Of a DNA stretch of 64,000 nt, positions 29,792 through 38,618 are shown in pieces. Every line of letters starts with the position of its first letter. The first letter of the stretch is position 1. The DNA comes from an uncultured Spirochaetota bacterium (lineage in GTDB: Bacteria > Spirochaetota > UBA4802 > UBA5550): NCBI GenBank assembly GCA_963827275.1, contig CAWHAA010000001.1:32001-96000 (forward strand), written 5' to 3'. The position numbers were made by a program, and so were the translations under genes. A model generated the notes under the pieces. That model did no database searches and was not told where the DNA came from. It saw only the letters and a list, made by a program, of their open reading frames with translations.

Positions 29792-30874
29792 TTAAATATA
29801 TTCAACAATTTTTTTTGGAATTTCCGATAACGGAAGCACATCATGAATGGCCCCTTTTTCAACCGCAACCCTGTTCATCCCGTAGATGACCGACGTATCC
29901 TCATCCTGGGCTATGGTACGCCCGCCGGAATTCTTGATTTTCAGGATGCCTTCGGCCCCGTCCCTGCCCATGCCCGTCATAATTACCGCCACGGACTCGC
30001 GTCCCGTGATCTTCGCCATCGAATCAAACAGGACATCGATCGAGGGACGGTGTCCCGATACTTTTTCACCGCCGAACACCCTCACAAACCTCTTGCCGTT
30101 CTTTTCCTCTATGCCGATATGCGAATTCCCCGGCGCGAGATATCCGCACCCGGGGAGCACCGGGTCCATGTCCTCGGCCTCCTTGACCTCGAGATGGGAC
30201 ATCATATTAAGCCGTTCCGCAAACGCTTTTGTAAATCCCTCCGGCATATGCTGTACGACAAGGATCGACGATGAAAAATCCGCCGGAAGGTGGGTAAAGA
30301 CCTGCATGAGCGCCGCGGGCCCGCCCGTGGAGGTGCCTATCCCCACTATCTTTGAACTCGATTTTTTCAGGTCGGCGGGCTTTTCCGGCTTTCCCGCGTC
30401 CTTTTTCCCCCTGGCGCCCGCCGCCTTCCCTTCCATCTCTTTCAAAAGGGCCGCGCTGGATTTCGAGACCTTGGAGGTGTGCGCCAGCTTGACCTTCGAA
30501 CGGAGCAGGTCGCCGAACTCGTTAAGCGACATCGACACGACCGTAGACGGCTTGGGGATAAAATCCACCGCGCCGTATTCCAGGGCCTTGAAGGTTTCCT
30601 CGGCGCCATGCTGGGTAAAGACGCTCATCATGATGACCGGCTTGGGGTTTGTCGCAATTATCCTGCGCAAAGCCGAAAGCCCGTCAAGGACCGGCATCTC
30701 GATATCCATGGTAATGACATCAGGATCAAGCCTGCCGCTCGCGGTCACGGCTGCATCGCCGTTATCGGCGGTCCCGATGACCTTTATCTGGGGATCGCTT
30801 TCCAGAATCTCGGTGATAGCTTTCTGTACCAGGATCGAATCATCGACAACCAGGACCTTAATTTGACCCGACAT
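29792..30874 (-). CDS. cheB: Chemotaxis methylesterase CheB
   Basis: Receiver domain plus GTSTGGP, VQHMP, HRPSIDVLF, MTGMGRDGA. Confidence 0.96.
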   Translation of the reverse strand: MSGQIKVLVVDDSILVQKAITEILESDPQIKVIGTADNGDAAVTASGRLDPDVITMDIEMPVLDGLSALRRIIATNPKPVIMMSVFTQHGAEETFKALEYGAVDFIPKPSTVVSMSLNEFGDLLRSKVKLAHTSKVSKSSAALLKEMEGKAAGARGKKDAGKPEKPADLKKSSSKIVGIGTSTGGPAALMQVFTHLPADFSSSILVVQHMPEGFTKAFAERLNMMSHLEVKEAEDMDPVLPGCGYLAPGNSHIGIEEKNGKRFVRVFGGEKVSGHRPSIDVLFDSMAKITGRESVAVIMTGMGRDGAEGILKIKNSGGRTIAQDEDTSVIYGMNRVAVEKGAIHDVLPLSEIPKKIVEYI

Positions 30875-33800
30875 GAGACCTCATCCGATCAACGATAATC
30901 TTCAACGTATCCGCTTCAGGCAGGATAAGGAGGTTCCCGATTATCCTGTCATTCTCAAAGAAAAAGGAGGTGTCCATCACTATCGCGTAGTCGTTTATCA
31001 GCGAATGAAGTACCAGTATTGAATCGATGACCGACTGGAGATAATCGTGCACGATCGTCGGGATCCCCGCCCGTATGACCAGCCCGGTCTTTTCGGCGAT
31101 GATATTGATGACCGACGAACCGACGATGTTCGTCAGCTCCTGGAGCGCCGATTCCCCGTCCTCGTTGAGTTCTTTTGTCCTGCTTGTTCCCTTCCCGTAA
31201 AGCAGGTCGATCACCTCGAAGCCCGTTTTCTCCTGGAAGATGAAGAGAACGGTCCCCCGCGCGTCGCCGAGGACCGGCATCATGATGCCCATGTATATGC
31301 TGTCGATATTGCCGATATGCCGCGGGATCTGCTCGAGCGGCATCAGGGTGACTTCGGGAATTGACAGATCGATCCGCTTCTTCAGTATCTTGGAGATTGA
31401 TTCCGCCGCATTCGTGGCGCCGACGTTCGCGATAAGCTGGAATTCCGTCAGGTCGCGCGGCGTGAGGTCAAGGGCCCCGATCATATGCGAAGACGGGTCG
31501 CCGGTCGAGGCGGTCGTCTTGATGCTTTCCCGGAGCTCGTTTCTGAACTCGTCAAGGGTGTCGTGCACCCGCTGTTCTATCTGTTCGTCCGATACCGCTC
31601 CGGGCGCGGGGCCGGCGCCGGCGCCGGCCGGTTGCGGTCCCTTCAGTGACGACGCCGCACGGTCCTTCCTGTCGGCCTGCACCGGCCGCTGCGGAGCGGC
31701 TTCCTTTTGAGGGGTCGTCCCGCGAAGCGCCGGCCCGTTGCCGGCCGAGAAACCCGCGGACGACTTCCGCGTGGCGATCTCCGGCTGCTCGAGCTCTTCA
31801 TACGAGGCCTCGCCCGAATCCACGACCCGGTTCCGTTCATATTTTGATATCTTGTCCTGCTCGGCGATCACCTTGTTTATCATCGAGGCGATGTCGAGGA
31901 TGAGGCAGATGCTGCCGTCGCCCAGGATGGACGCGCCCGCGAGCCCCTCGACGGTCATATAGTTCTGCTCCAGGGACTTGATGACGATCTCCTGCTTGCC
32001 TTCAAGGTAATCGACGATCAGGCCGATCTTCCTGTTGCCGAAGCCGACGACCACGACCGGCATCTTGTCATCCGGCCCCAGGACGCTGTCGAGCTGGATG
32101 AAGCGGGACAGGCGCAGGAGCGAAAGTATCTCGCCCCTGAGGTTTATCACCTCGTGGCCCTCGATGGTCGTTATATCGGAACTGGAAATCTTTATGGTCT
32201 CAATGACGTCTGTCAGGGGTATCGCGTACATCTCGTGGCGGACCTTGACCATGATGGCGGGGATGATAGCGAGCGTTATCGGGAACGCGAGCACAAAGCG
32301 CGTGCCCATCCCCGATTCGGTTTCGATCGCCACGTTGCCATTCAGCTCGTTGACGATCTCCTTCACCACGTTCATGCCGACGCCGCGTCCCGATATGTCG
32401 GTCACGCGTTCCGCCGTGGAAAAGCCCGGGATGAAGATAAAATTATATATGTCCTGGTCGTCCATCGCCGCGATCATCTCGGGCGTGGCAAGACCCATGG
32501 CGACCGCTTTCCTCTTGATCTGGTCGAGGTTCAGTCCGCGTCCGTCATCGCTCACCTCGACGAAAATCTGGTTCCCGCCCTGGTAGGCGTTCATCGTGAT
32601 GTGCGCAACTTCCGATTTCCCCAGCCGCTTGCGCTCGGCCGCGGACTCAATCCCGTGGTCGACGGCGTTGCGCAGGAGATGCAGCAGCGGTTCGCCGATA
32701 GAATCGATAACTTTTTTATCAAGCTCGGTGTCTTCACCCTTGATGGTAAGCTCCATCTCCTTGCTGTATTCCTTGGCAAGGTCGCGCACCAGCCTCCTGA
32801 ACCGGGTGAACACCTGCCCGATAGGGACCATCCGGGTCTTCATGATGCCGCTCTGCAGGTCCTTCGCGATCCTGGACATCTGCTCCATCCGGCTCTTGAA
32901 TTCATTGACCAGCGACTTCTCTTCGTATATCTTGCGCATCTCCTCGTAGAGCTTGAAGAACCCGGAGTTCGCGATGACCAGCTCGCCGACGTTGTTCAGG
33001 AGCAGGTCCAGCTTGTCGATGGACACCTTCACGGTCTTGAGCGCGGTTATCTTCTTGCGTTCCTCGGGCTTCTCGCCGGCCCGGACGGCAATTTTTTCCT
33101 CTTCCTGCAGCTCGGTCTCTTCATCCTCGTCTGCGCCGTCATCGACGGCATCCTCATCATCAGCGGGCCCCATCGCGGCAACCGACACCGCCTGCTCATC
33201 CGCACGGTACGAGGGAGTCTCTTCCTGGTCCGTGCTGAAGGTCTCGAGATCGCCGAATTGAAGCGCCTGCTTGCCGTCCCTGACGCCGAGGCCGATCGAA
33301 CGCACATCGACCCGGTATATCAGGTCGATATTCGCGGCCCGCTTGATATCGTCGATGCCCGCATCCGAAAGCATGATGATCTTTATAATGCTGTTCTTCT
33401 CGTCATCGCTGAAATCCTCGATCGGCGGCGAGGTGAGGAGTATCTCGCCGATCCGCTCCATGTTGCTGACGACCAGCTGCGCCTTCACCCACTTCATCTG
33501 CGCCTTGTCGTCGATGAACACGGTGATCTCCGAGCAGGTGTTCCCCCGCTCGATACCGTCCTTTATCGTTTTACGCATGTCCGCGTCGATGACCGCCTTG
33601 GGGATGTCCGCCGGGGTCCTGGCCGCCGCGGCGGGGCCGGGGGAACGTTTTTTCTCTTCGGCCGGACCGGTTGAAATTTCGGAAATCTTCCTGATGTCAT
33701 TTATAAGCCACTGCAGGTCCTGCTCCGGCTTCTCGCCGGACGCGATGGTGTCTATTATGTTGTGGATTTCATCGAAGCACTTGAAAATTATATCGATGAT

Positions 33801-34058
33801 CTGCGACGTCACCCTCATGCTGCCGTCGCGTATGCCCTGGAGCAGGTTCTCCATCATATGCGCGAGGTCGCTGAGCTCATTAAGACCGACGAAGGCAGCG
33901 GAGCTTTTCAGGGAATGCGCGGCGCGGAAAATATTATTGATGATTTCGAGATTTTCCGGGTTCTTCTCGAGCTCGAGAAGGTTCTGGTTCAGTTCCTGGA
34001 GCTGCTCGTCTGCTTCTTCCAGAAATATATCCTGATACTCGCCGAGAGAAAAAGCCAT
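30858..34058 (-). CDS. cheA: Chemotaxis histidine kinase CheA with C-terminal CheC-like domain
   Basis: Hpt FRAAHSLKSS, HLLRNAVDHGIE, DDGRG, PGFSTA..VTDISGRGVGM, CheW domain, then SALQELTNI CheC-type repeat. Confidence 0.94.
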   Translation of the reverse strand: MAFSLGEYQDIFLEEADEQLQELNQNLLELEKNPENLEIINNIFRAAHSLKSSAAFVGLNELSDLAHMMENLLQGIRDGSMRVTSQIIDIIFKCFDEIHNIIDTIASGEKPEQDLQWLINDIRKISEISTGPAEEKKRSPGPAAAARTPADIPKAVIDADMRKTIKDGIERGNTCSEITVFIDDKAQMKWVKAQLVVSNMERIGEILLTSPPIEDFSDDEKNSIIKIIMLSDAGIDDIKRAANIDLIYRVDVRSIGLGVRDGKQALQFGDLETFSTDQEETPSYRADEQAVSVAAMGPADDEDAVDDGADEDEETELQEEEKIAVRAGEKPEERKKITALKTVKVSIDKLDLLLNNVGELVIANSGFFKLYEEMRKIYEEKSLVNEFKSRMEQMSRIAKDLQSGIMKTRMVPIGQVFTRFRRLVRDLAKEYSKEMELTIKGEDTELDKKVIDSIGEPLLHLLRNAVDHGIESAAERKRLGKSEVAHITMNAYQGGNQIFVEVSDDGRGLNLDQIKRKAVAMGLATPEMIAAMDDQDIYNFIFIPGFSTAERVTDISGRGVGMNVVKEIVNELNGNVAIETESGMGTRFVLAFPITLAIIPAIMVKVRHEMYAIPLTDVIETIKISSSDITTIEGHEVINLRGEILSLLRLSRFIQLDSVLGPDDKMPVVVVGFGNRKIGLIVDYLEGKQEIVIKSLEQNYMTVEGLAGASILGDGSICLILDIASMINKVIAEQDKISKYERNRVVDSGEASYEELEQPEIATRKSSAGFSAGNGPALRGTTPQKEAAPQRPVQADRKDRAASSLKGPQPAGAGAGPAPGAVSDEQIEQRVHDTLDEFRNELRESIKTTASTGDPSSHMIGALDLTPRDLTEFQLIANVGATNAAESISKILKKRIDLSIPEVTLMPLEQIPRHIGNIDSIYMGIMMPVLGDARGTVLFIFQEKTGFEVIDLLYGKGTSRTKELNEDGESALQELTNIVGSSVINIIAEKTGLVIRAGIPTIVHDYLQSVIDSILVLHSLINDYAIVMDTSFFFENDRIIGNLLILPEADTLKIIVDRMRSHVGSN

Positions 34059-34192
34059 AGTAAAACTCCACGATTTCGATTAACAGGCCCCGGTTGCAAG
34101 CCCGCGCGGCGCCGGGTCCCACCCGCTACCTGACGCCACGGTACATTCCATTTATCAGAACGTATTCTGAAAATGCCGATCCATGATACCCG

Positions 34193-34714
34193 TTATTCCT
34201 TGTCTTCCTCCAGGAAGAGGATGTTCGAAAGATTTAAAATTACGATCAGCCTGTCTTTGAGCCGCCCGATGCCCCAGATATACTCTTCCGATACCCCCTC
34301 GATGAGCTCAGACGGCGGATCAACGTTGTTCCGGTTAAGCCTGACCACCTGGTGGACATTGTCAACCATGAGCCCGGTCAGCTTATCGCTCGTTTCAATA
34401 ACGATGATCCTCGTCAGGTCGGTGACCTTCCCCTTTGAATAGCCGAACCGTTTGCGGACGTCAACGACCGGAATGACATTGCCGCGTAAATTGATCACCC
34501 CTTTTATGAATTCGGGGGTATTCGGCAACCTGGTGATTTCCGGGAAGCGGAGTATTTCATGAACGGCGAGGATATCGACCCCGTACTCGACATCCTCAAG
34601 GAGAAAACTGACCAGCTGGATTATCGAGCCTTCTGCGATGAGGACCTGCTCCTCCTCTCCCGTCATCTGGACGGCAATCTGCTCCTGCTTGTTGATCAGT
34701 TCGTTTAAATCCAT
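34193..34714 (-). CDS. cheW: Chemotaxis adaptor CheW
   Basis: YGVDILAVHEI, IKGVINLRGNVIPVVD. Confidence 0.95.
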   Translation of the reverse strand: MDLNELINKQEQIAVQMTGEEEQVLIAEGSIIQLVSFLLEDVEYGVDILAVHEILRFPEITRLPNTPEFIKGVINLRGNVIPVVDVRKRFGYSKGKVTDLTRIIVIETSDKLTGLMVDNVHQVVRLNRNNVDPPSELIEGVSEEYIWGIGRLKDRLIVILNLSNILFLEEDKE

Positions 34715-34914
34715 GTGGGTATCCCGATGTCGTTAATATACTTATTAAGCAATTTACTTTAAAATAAAAGCCGTACATTTCAAGCATTTTTTTAAAATAA
34801 ATGGCAGCGGCCGCGGCAATGGAAATATGCTCGTAAAATGAAAAACGTTGACTGGTAACTCGGCGCGATACAGATAACAATGCCGGCATGGGATGCCGGC
34901 ATTCGGTGAACAGC

Positions 34915-35238
34915 TCAATTTCTCGCCGCGGGCGCCGTCTTGGCAAAAACATCCCCGATGAGCCCCTGGTCCAGCATCGATATCAGCGCCGTGGCCCTTC
35001 GTTCTACCTCGCTCTCTTCGCCCGATTTCAGCCTTTTCAACTGGAAATATTCATCGGCGACGTTCAGCGCCGCCAGGATGGCCACCTGGGCCGTGCTTGC
35101 CGCCGGGCAGTTTGCCTGGACTTCCTCCATCTTGTCGTTCAGGTACCCGGCGAGCTGATGGATATAATCACCGGGCGCATCGCCATTGATGGTGTATGTC
35201 TGCCCGAATATCGCCACCTTGACCCTGTTCTGTTCCAT
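34915..35238 (-). CDS. zapA: Cell division protein ZapA
   Basis: VAIFGQTYTI, AILAALNVADEYF. Confidence 0.92.
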   Translation of the reverse strand: MEQNRVKVAIFGQTYTINGDAPGDYIHQLAGYLNDKMEEVQANCPAASTAQVAILAALNVADEYFQLKRLKSGEESEVERRATALISMLDQGLIGDVFAKTAPAARN

Positions 35239-35257
35239 GACACACCTCGCTGCGGAC

Positions 35258-36007
35258 CTACTTGTCGTCTTCCTCTATTATAAGGAACTCATCGTCCTGT
35301 TCTTTTTTCTTGCCTTTACGGGCCGGTTTTTTCTCGTCCTCGTCGATGATGATGGTATCATGCTCAACGTCGTCGATGATGATCTCCTCGTCCTTCTCGT
35401 CAAGGAGGATGATATCGTCATCCTGCTCGCGGACCGTCTCCAGCGCGACGCCGTCGCTCCCCTTGGACGCGAGGTCCCCCTCGTCATCGATAATGATTAT
35501 ATCTTCCTCTTCGTCAATGGTGACCGTCTCCGACTTGGGAACGTTCTCGACCCTGACTTCCTCTTCCTTGAAATCATCAAACGATTCATCGAGGATGATG
35601 GTGTCCTCTTCGGCGGCGAATGACTTCGCCTCTTTTTTCCGGGGCGCGCGCGTGGAGCCGCCCCTGGGGGCCTCATGGGATTTACGCTCTATCTTAACCC
35701 CGGCCGGGATGGTCCCGCCGCCGGAAAGGGTGTCCAGCTTGCCGAGAAGTCCGATCACCTTTTTCTCAAGGACTTCCTCCTTGGCGTTGAGGTCGTCAAG
35801 CTCACGGGTGGCGTCGTCCAGTGCTTTCCTGATCTTCTCGATCTCATGCTCTTTCTCCTCGAGGCTGAGCTTTGTCTCCTCCAGGTCGCTCTTCAATTCT
35901 TCATTCTCGTTTTCGAGCTTTGAATTTTCACTCCGCAAATCGCCTATCAGCTGAAGGGCCTTGACTACCCGGTTTTCAAGCTCTTCCAGTTGCTGCATGG
36001 AAATCAT
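35258..36007 (-). CDS. Coiled-coil (ZapB-like) protein with acidic repetitive tail
   Basis: LEELENRVVKALQLI..LRSEN coiled coil directly upstream of zapA; tail of D/E-III-D/E repeats. Confidence 0.7.
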   Translation of the reverse strand: MISMQQLEELENRVVKALQLIGDLRSENSKLENENEELKSDLEETKLSLEEKEHEIEKIRKALDDATRELDDLNAKEEVLEKKVIGLLGKLDTLSGGGTIPAGVKIERKSHEAPRGGSTRAPRKKEAKSFAAEEDTIILDESFDDFKEEEVRVENVPKSETVTIDEEEDIIIIDDEGDLASKGSDGVALETVREQDDDIILLDEKDEEIIIDDVEHDTIIIDEDEKKPARKGKKKEQDDEFLIIEEDDK

Positions 36008-36289
36008 CTGGTACCTCCGTTTCCCCGCGCCGGTGCATTGCTCGGGTATGTATCACTATAATTTATTTTCGGCTGATAAAAGGGCCGACATTAAAATAAT
36101 AATCAATTTAATGCGTAATATCTATCCAAAGAGTCTCTTTTTATATTAAAAAACGGCTATTACGTCAAGCTATATTTTGAAGGTTGATGAACGGGATCCC
36201 CGGCCTGCCCGCCCTCCGTCGGGCGGCATCTACCTTACGGCTCCGTACCCCGCCGGGCACCGCGGAAAAGTGCGGCTGATCGCCACCGC

Positions 36290-37210
36290 CTATATCTGGA
36301 AACTCAGCTCCAACCCGTAAACCGCCTGTACATAATCCTTCTGCGACAGCCGGAGCGGGTTCTGGATGGTGTATATGCCCAGGTATACGGCATCCATGAA
36401 AAAATAACGGAGGCCGGCGCTCATCAAAAACACGTTATACCGGGCCGCTTCGATGGGGACCATGTCGGTGTCGGTGCCGGCGCTGCTCACGCGGAACGAT
36501 CCGTAAAACTCGATATAGGGAACGAACGGGTAGAAGTACCCGGTGTTCCAGGCCATTGAAACCGTCAGGTAATCGTTGTTCAGGCGGCCCGTGCTGAAAA
36601 ACGTGTCTTTCTCTTTCGGGTTAAGGCCGAACACCTTCTCCCAGGTCTCCTTTTTGGTGATGTCGAAATAGAACCCGCCGAAAAAATTTTCGCTGTTACC
36701 CTCGCGGAAGGTATAGAAGAAGTTCAGGTGGATGAAGAATAGATCGAGGATATCGAACCGGGCGAAGGGGCCCAGCTTCAACTCGTATTTTCCCAGCGCG
36801 AGGTTGCGCCATTCATCGGTGACGTAGGCGTTCTTCCCGAGGGGGAAGCGCAGCGAGAGGAGGAACCCGAGGTGTATCTGGTTCCGGACGTAATCGCCGA
36901 TATAGAATTTACCCTTGATAAAGAGGTCGCCGAGGTCCGAGCGGGTCGCCTTGAACGCGCTCCCGCTCAGATAATCGAACTGCATCCAGAGGGAGAATTC
37001 ATCGGTCGCGCCGAAGCCGATGCCCGCGGAATCCTTCCGCGAGTAGTTGCCCGTCTGGACCACTTCGTCGCGGAGATAGATTTCAACATCGTACTCCGGC
37101 ACCATGTATATCGTCTCCGTAAGGGGAAGCGCGGAGGCGCGTTCCCCCGGGGCCGGAAACAAAATTAGCGCTATGGCTATAGCGCTAATTTCAAAAAGCG
37201 TACGTTTCAT
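36290..37210 (-). CDS. Putative outer-membrane beta-barrel protein
   Basis: Signal peptide, aromatic-rich alternating strands, C-terminal YGLELSFQI. Confidence 0.6.
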   Translation of the reverse strand: MKRTLFEISAIAIALILFPAPGERASALPLTETIYMVPEYDVEIYLRDEVVQTGNYSRKDSAGIGFGATDEFSLWMQFDYLSGSAFKATRSDLGDLFIKGKFYIGDYVRNQIHLGFLLSLRFPLGKNAYVTDEWRNLALGKYELKLGPFARFDILDLFFIHLNFFYTFREGNSENFFGGFYFDITKKETWEKVFGLNPKEKDTFFSTGRLNNDYLTVSMAWNTGYFYPFVPYIEFYGSFRVSSAGTDTDMVPIEAARYNVFLMSAGLRYFFMDAVYLGIYTIQNPLRLSQKDYVQAVYGLELSFQI

Positions 37211-37230
37211 GTCGGCCCGGAATGGTACGG

Positions 37231-37587
37231 TTACGCCGCCTTTTCCTTGACCGTATCAACTATTTTCTGAAACGCCTTCATGTCATGCACGGCGAGGTCC
37301 GCCAGCATTTTCCGGTTGATCTCAATGTTCGACGCGATCATCCCGGAGATCAACTTGCTGTAGGATATGCCGCAGAGCCTGGACGCCGCTGCGATCCGCA
37401 CGATCCACAGGGCACGGAAATCCCGTTTCTTCTTCCTGCGGTCGATATACGAATTCTGCAGCGCCCTTCTCCGCGCGTCCTTCGCCGTCCGGAATATGGT
37501 GCTCCGTGCGCCTATATATCCCTTGGTGTCCTTCAGAATTTTTTTGCTTCGCTTGCGATGCACTCTACCTGTCGTTGCTCTCGGCAT
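37231..37587 (-). CDS. rplT: 50S ribosomal protein L20
   Basis: MPRA, KGY.GAR, DRRKKKRDFRALWIVRI, NRKMLADLA. Confidence 0.97.
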   Translation of the reverse strand: MPRATTGRVHRKRSKKILKDTKGYIGARSTIFRTAKDARRRALQNSYIDRRKKKRDFRALWIVRIAAASRLCGISYSKLISGMIASNIEINRKMLADLAVHDMKAFQKIVDTVKEKAA

Positions 37588-37649
37588 GGTGATACTCTCC
37601 CTTCTATCTTATAATAATCGATATATCGCGATAGTGCGCTACCGTGTCC

Positions 37650-37847
37650 TCATTTGTAGGGGATCATCCGCTTGATCCGCTTGGTCTCCGTGCTGCTCGT
37701 TACTGCGGTGCCGCGGAGCTTGCGCTTCCGCTTCGGCGATTTAGCTTCAAGCAGATGGCTCTTATATCCCTGCGCGCGAACGGCTTTTCCCTTTCTGGTC
37801 ACGCGGAACCTTTTTTTCGCCCCGCTGTTTGATTTCACCTTTGGCAT
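37650..37847 (-). CDS. rpmI: 50S ribosomal protein L35
   Basis: MPKVKS..GAKKRF.VT..GK, HLL..KS.KRKRKLR. Confidence 0.96.
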   Translation of the reverse strand: MPKVKSNSGAKKRFRVTRKGKAVRAQGYKSHLLEAKSPKRKRKLRGTAVTSSTETKRIKRMIPYK

Positions 37848-37871
37848 ATTCGTTTCCTCTTTATTCCGGTA

Positions 37872-38428
37872 TTATTTTACCTTTGTACCGCTCGGCTTCG
37901 CCGACACGATCATGGTTATATTTCTGCCTTCCTGGGACATGTCCTTCTCTATCTGGACAAGCTCCTCAATCTGCGCCTTGACTTTATTCATTACATCGAA
38001 GCCGAGTTCGGGATGGACCATCTCCCTGCCCCTGAACATCAGCGTGAACTTCACCTTGTCGCCGCCGTCAAGAAATTCCATCGCGTGCTTGATCTTGTGC
38101 TCGAAATCGTGGGAATCGATGTTCGGACGCATCTTGATCTCTTTCAGATGGACGATCTTCTGCTTTTTCTTGGCCTCCTTGGCCTTCTTCATTTGCTCGA
38201 ATTTGAACTTGCTGTAGTTGACAATTTTCACGACCGGCGGGTCCTGATTCGGTGAAATCTCCACCAGGTCACATTCCTCTCTCGCGCCATCCTCAACGCG
38301 TCGATGGTCGGTATGACTGTCGGTTCACCTTCTTCCCCCACAAGCCTGACCTGCTGGGACTTAATGCCCTCGTTAACATTGTACTTATCAAACTTATCTA
38401 AGCTGGTCCGCCTTCCTTTATCTACCAA
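37872..38428 (-). CDS. infC: Translation initiation factor IF-3, interrupted by a 1-nt deletion near 38270
   Basis: N-part NEGIKSQQVRLV...ALRMARERNV and C-part DLVEISPNQDPPVVKI...KEIKMRP are in different frames; probable TTG start at 38428. Confidence 0.9.
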
Positions 38429-38618
38429 GCGTTGCAAACCCCCTGCGTTATTATTTATTTCAGAACAGGGCGGAAATTCATGCCCGCCCGCCGCTATCAT
38501 ACACAAGAATAGAACATTGTACAAAATCCCCGCACTCATTATGAAAATCAACAAGTTTTCGATTAATTTCGATGAAATTTCAAAAAAGCGTTGTTTGATT
38601 TCCCACGGCCGGCAGCGG

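Noticed and set aside
32154..33674. 506-aa plus-strand ORF
   Set aside because: Antisense shadow of cheA.
34715..34914. 6S RNA downstream of zapA
   Set aside because: The position is typical, but I could not find the long rod-like pairing.
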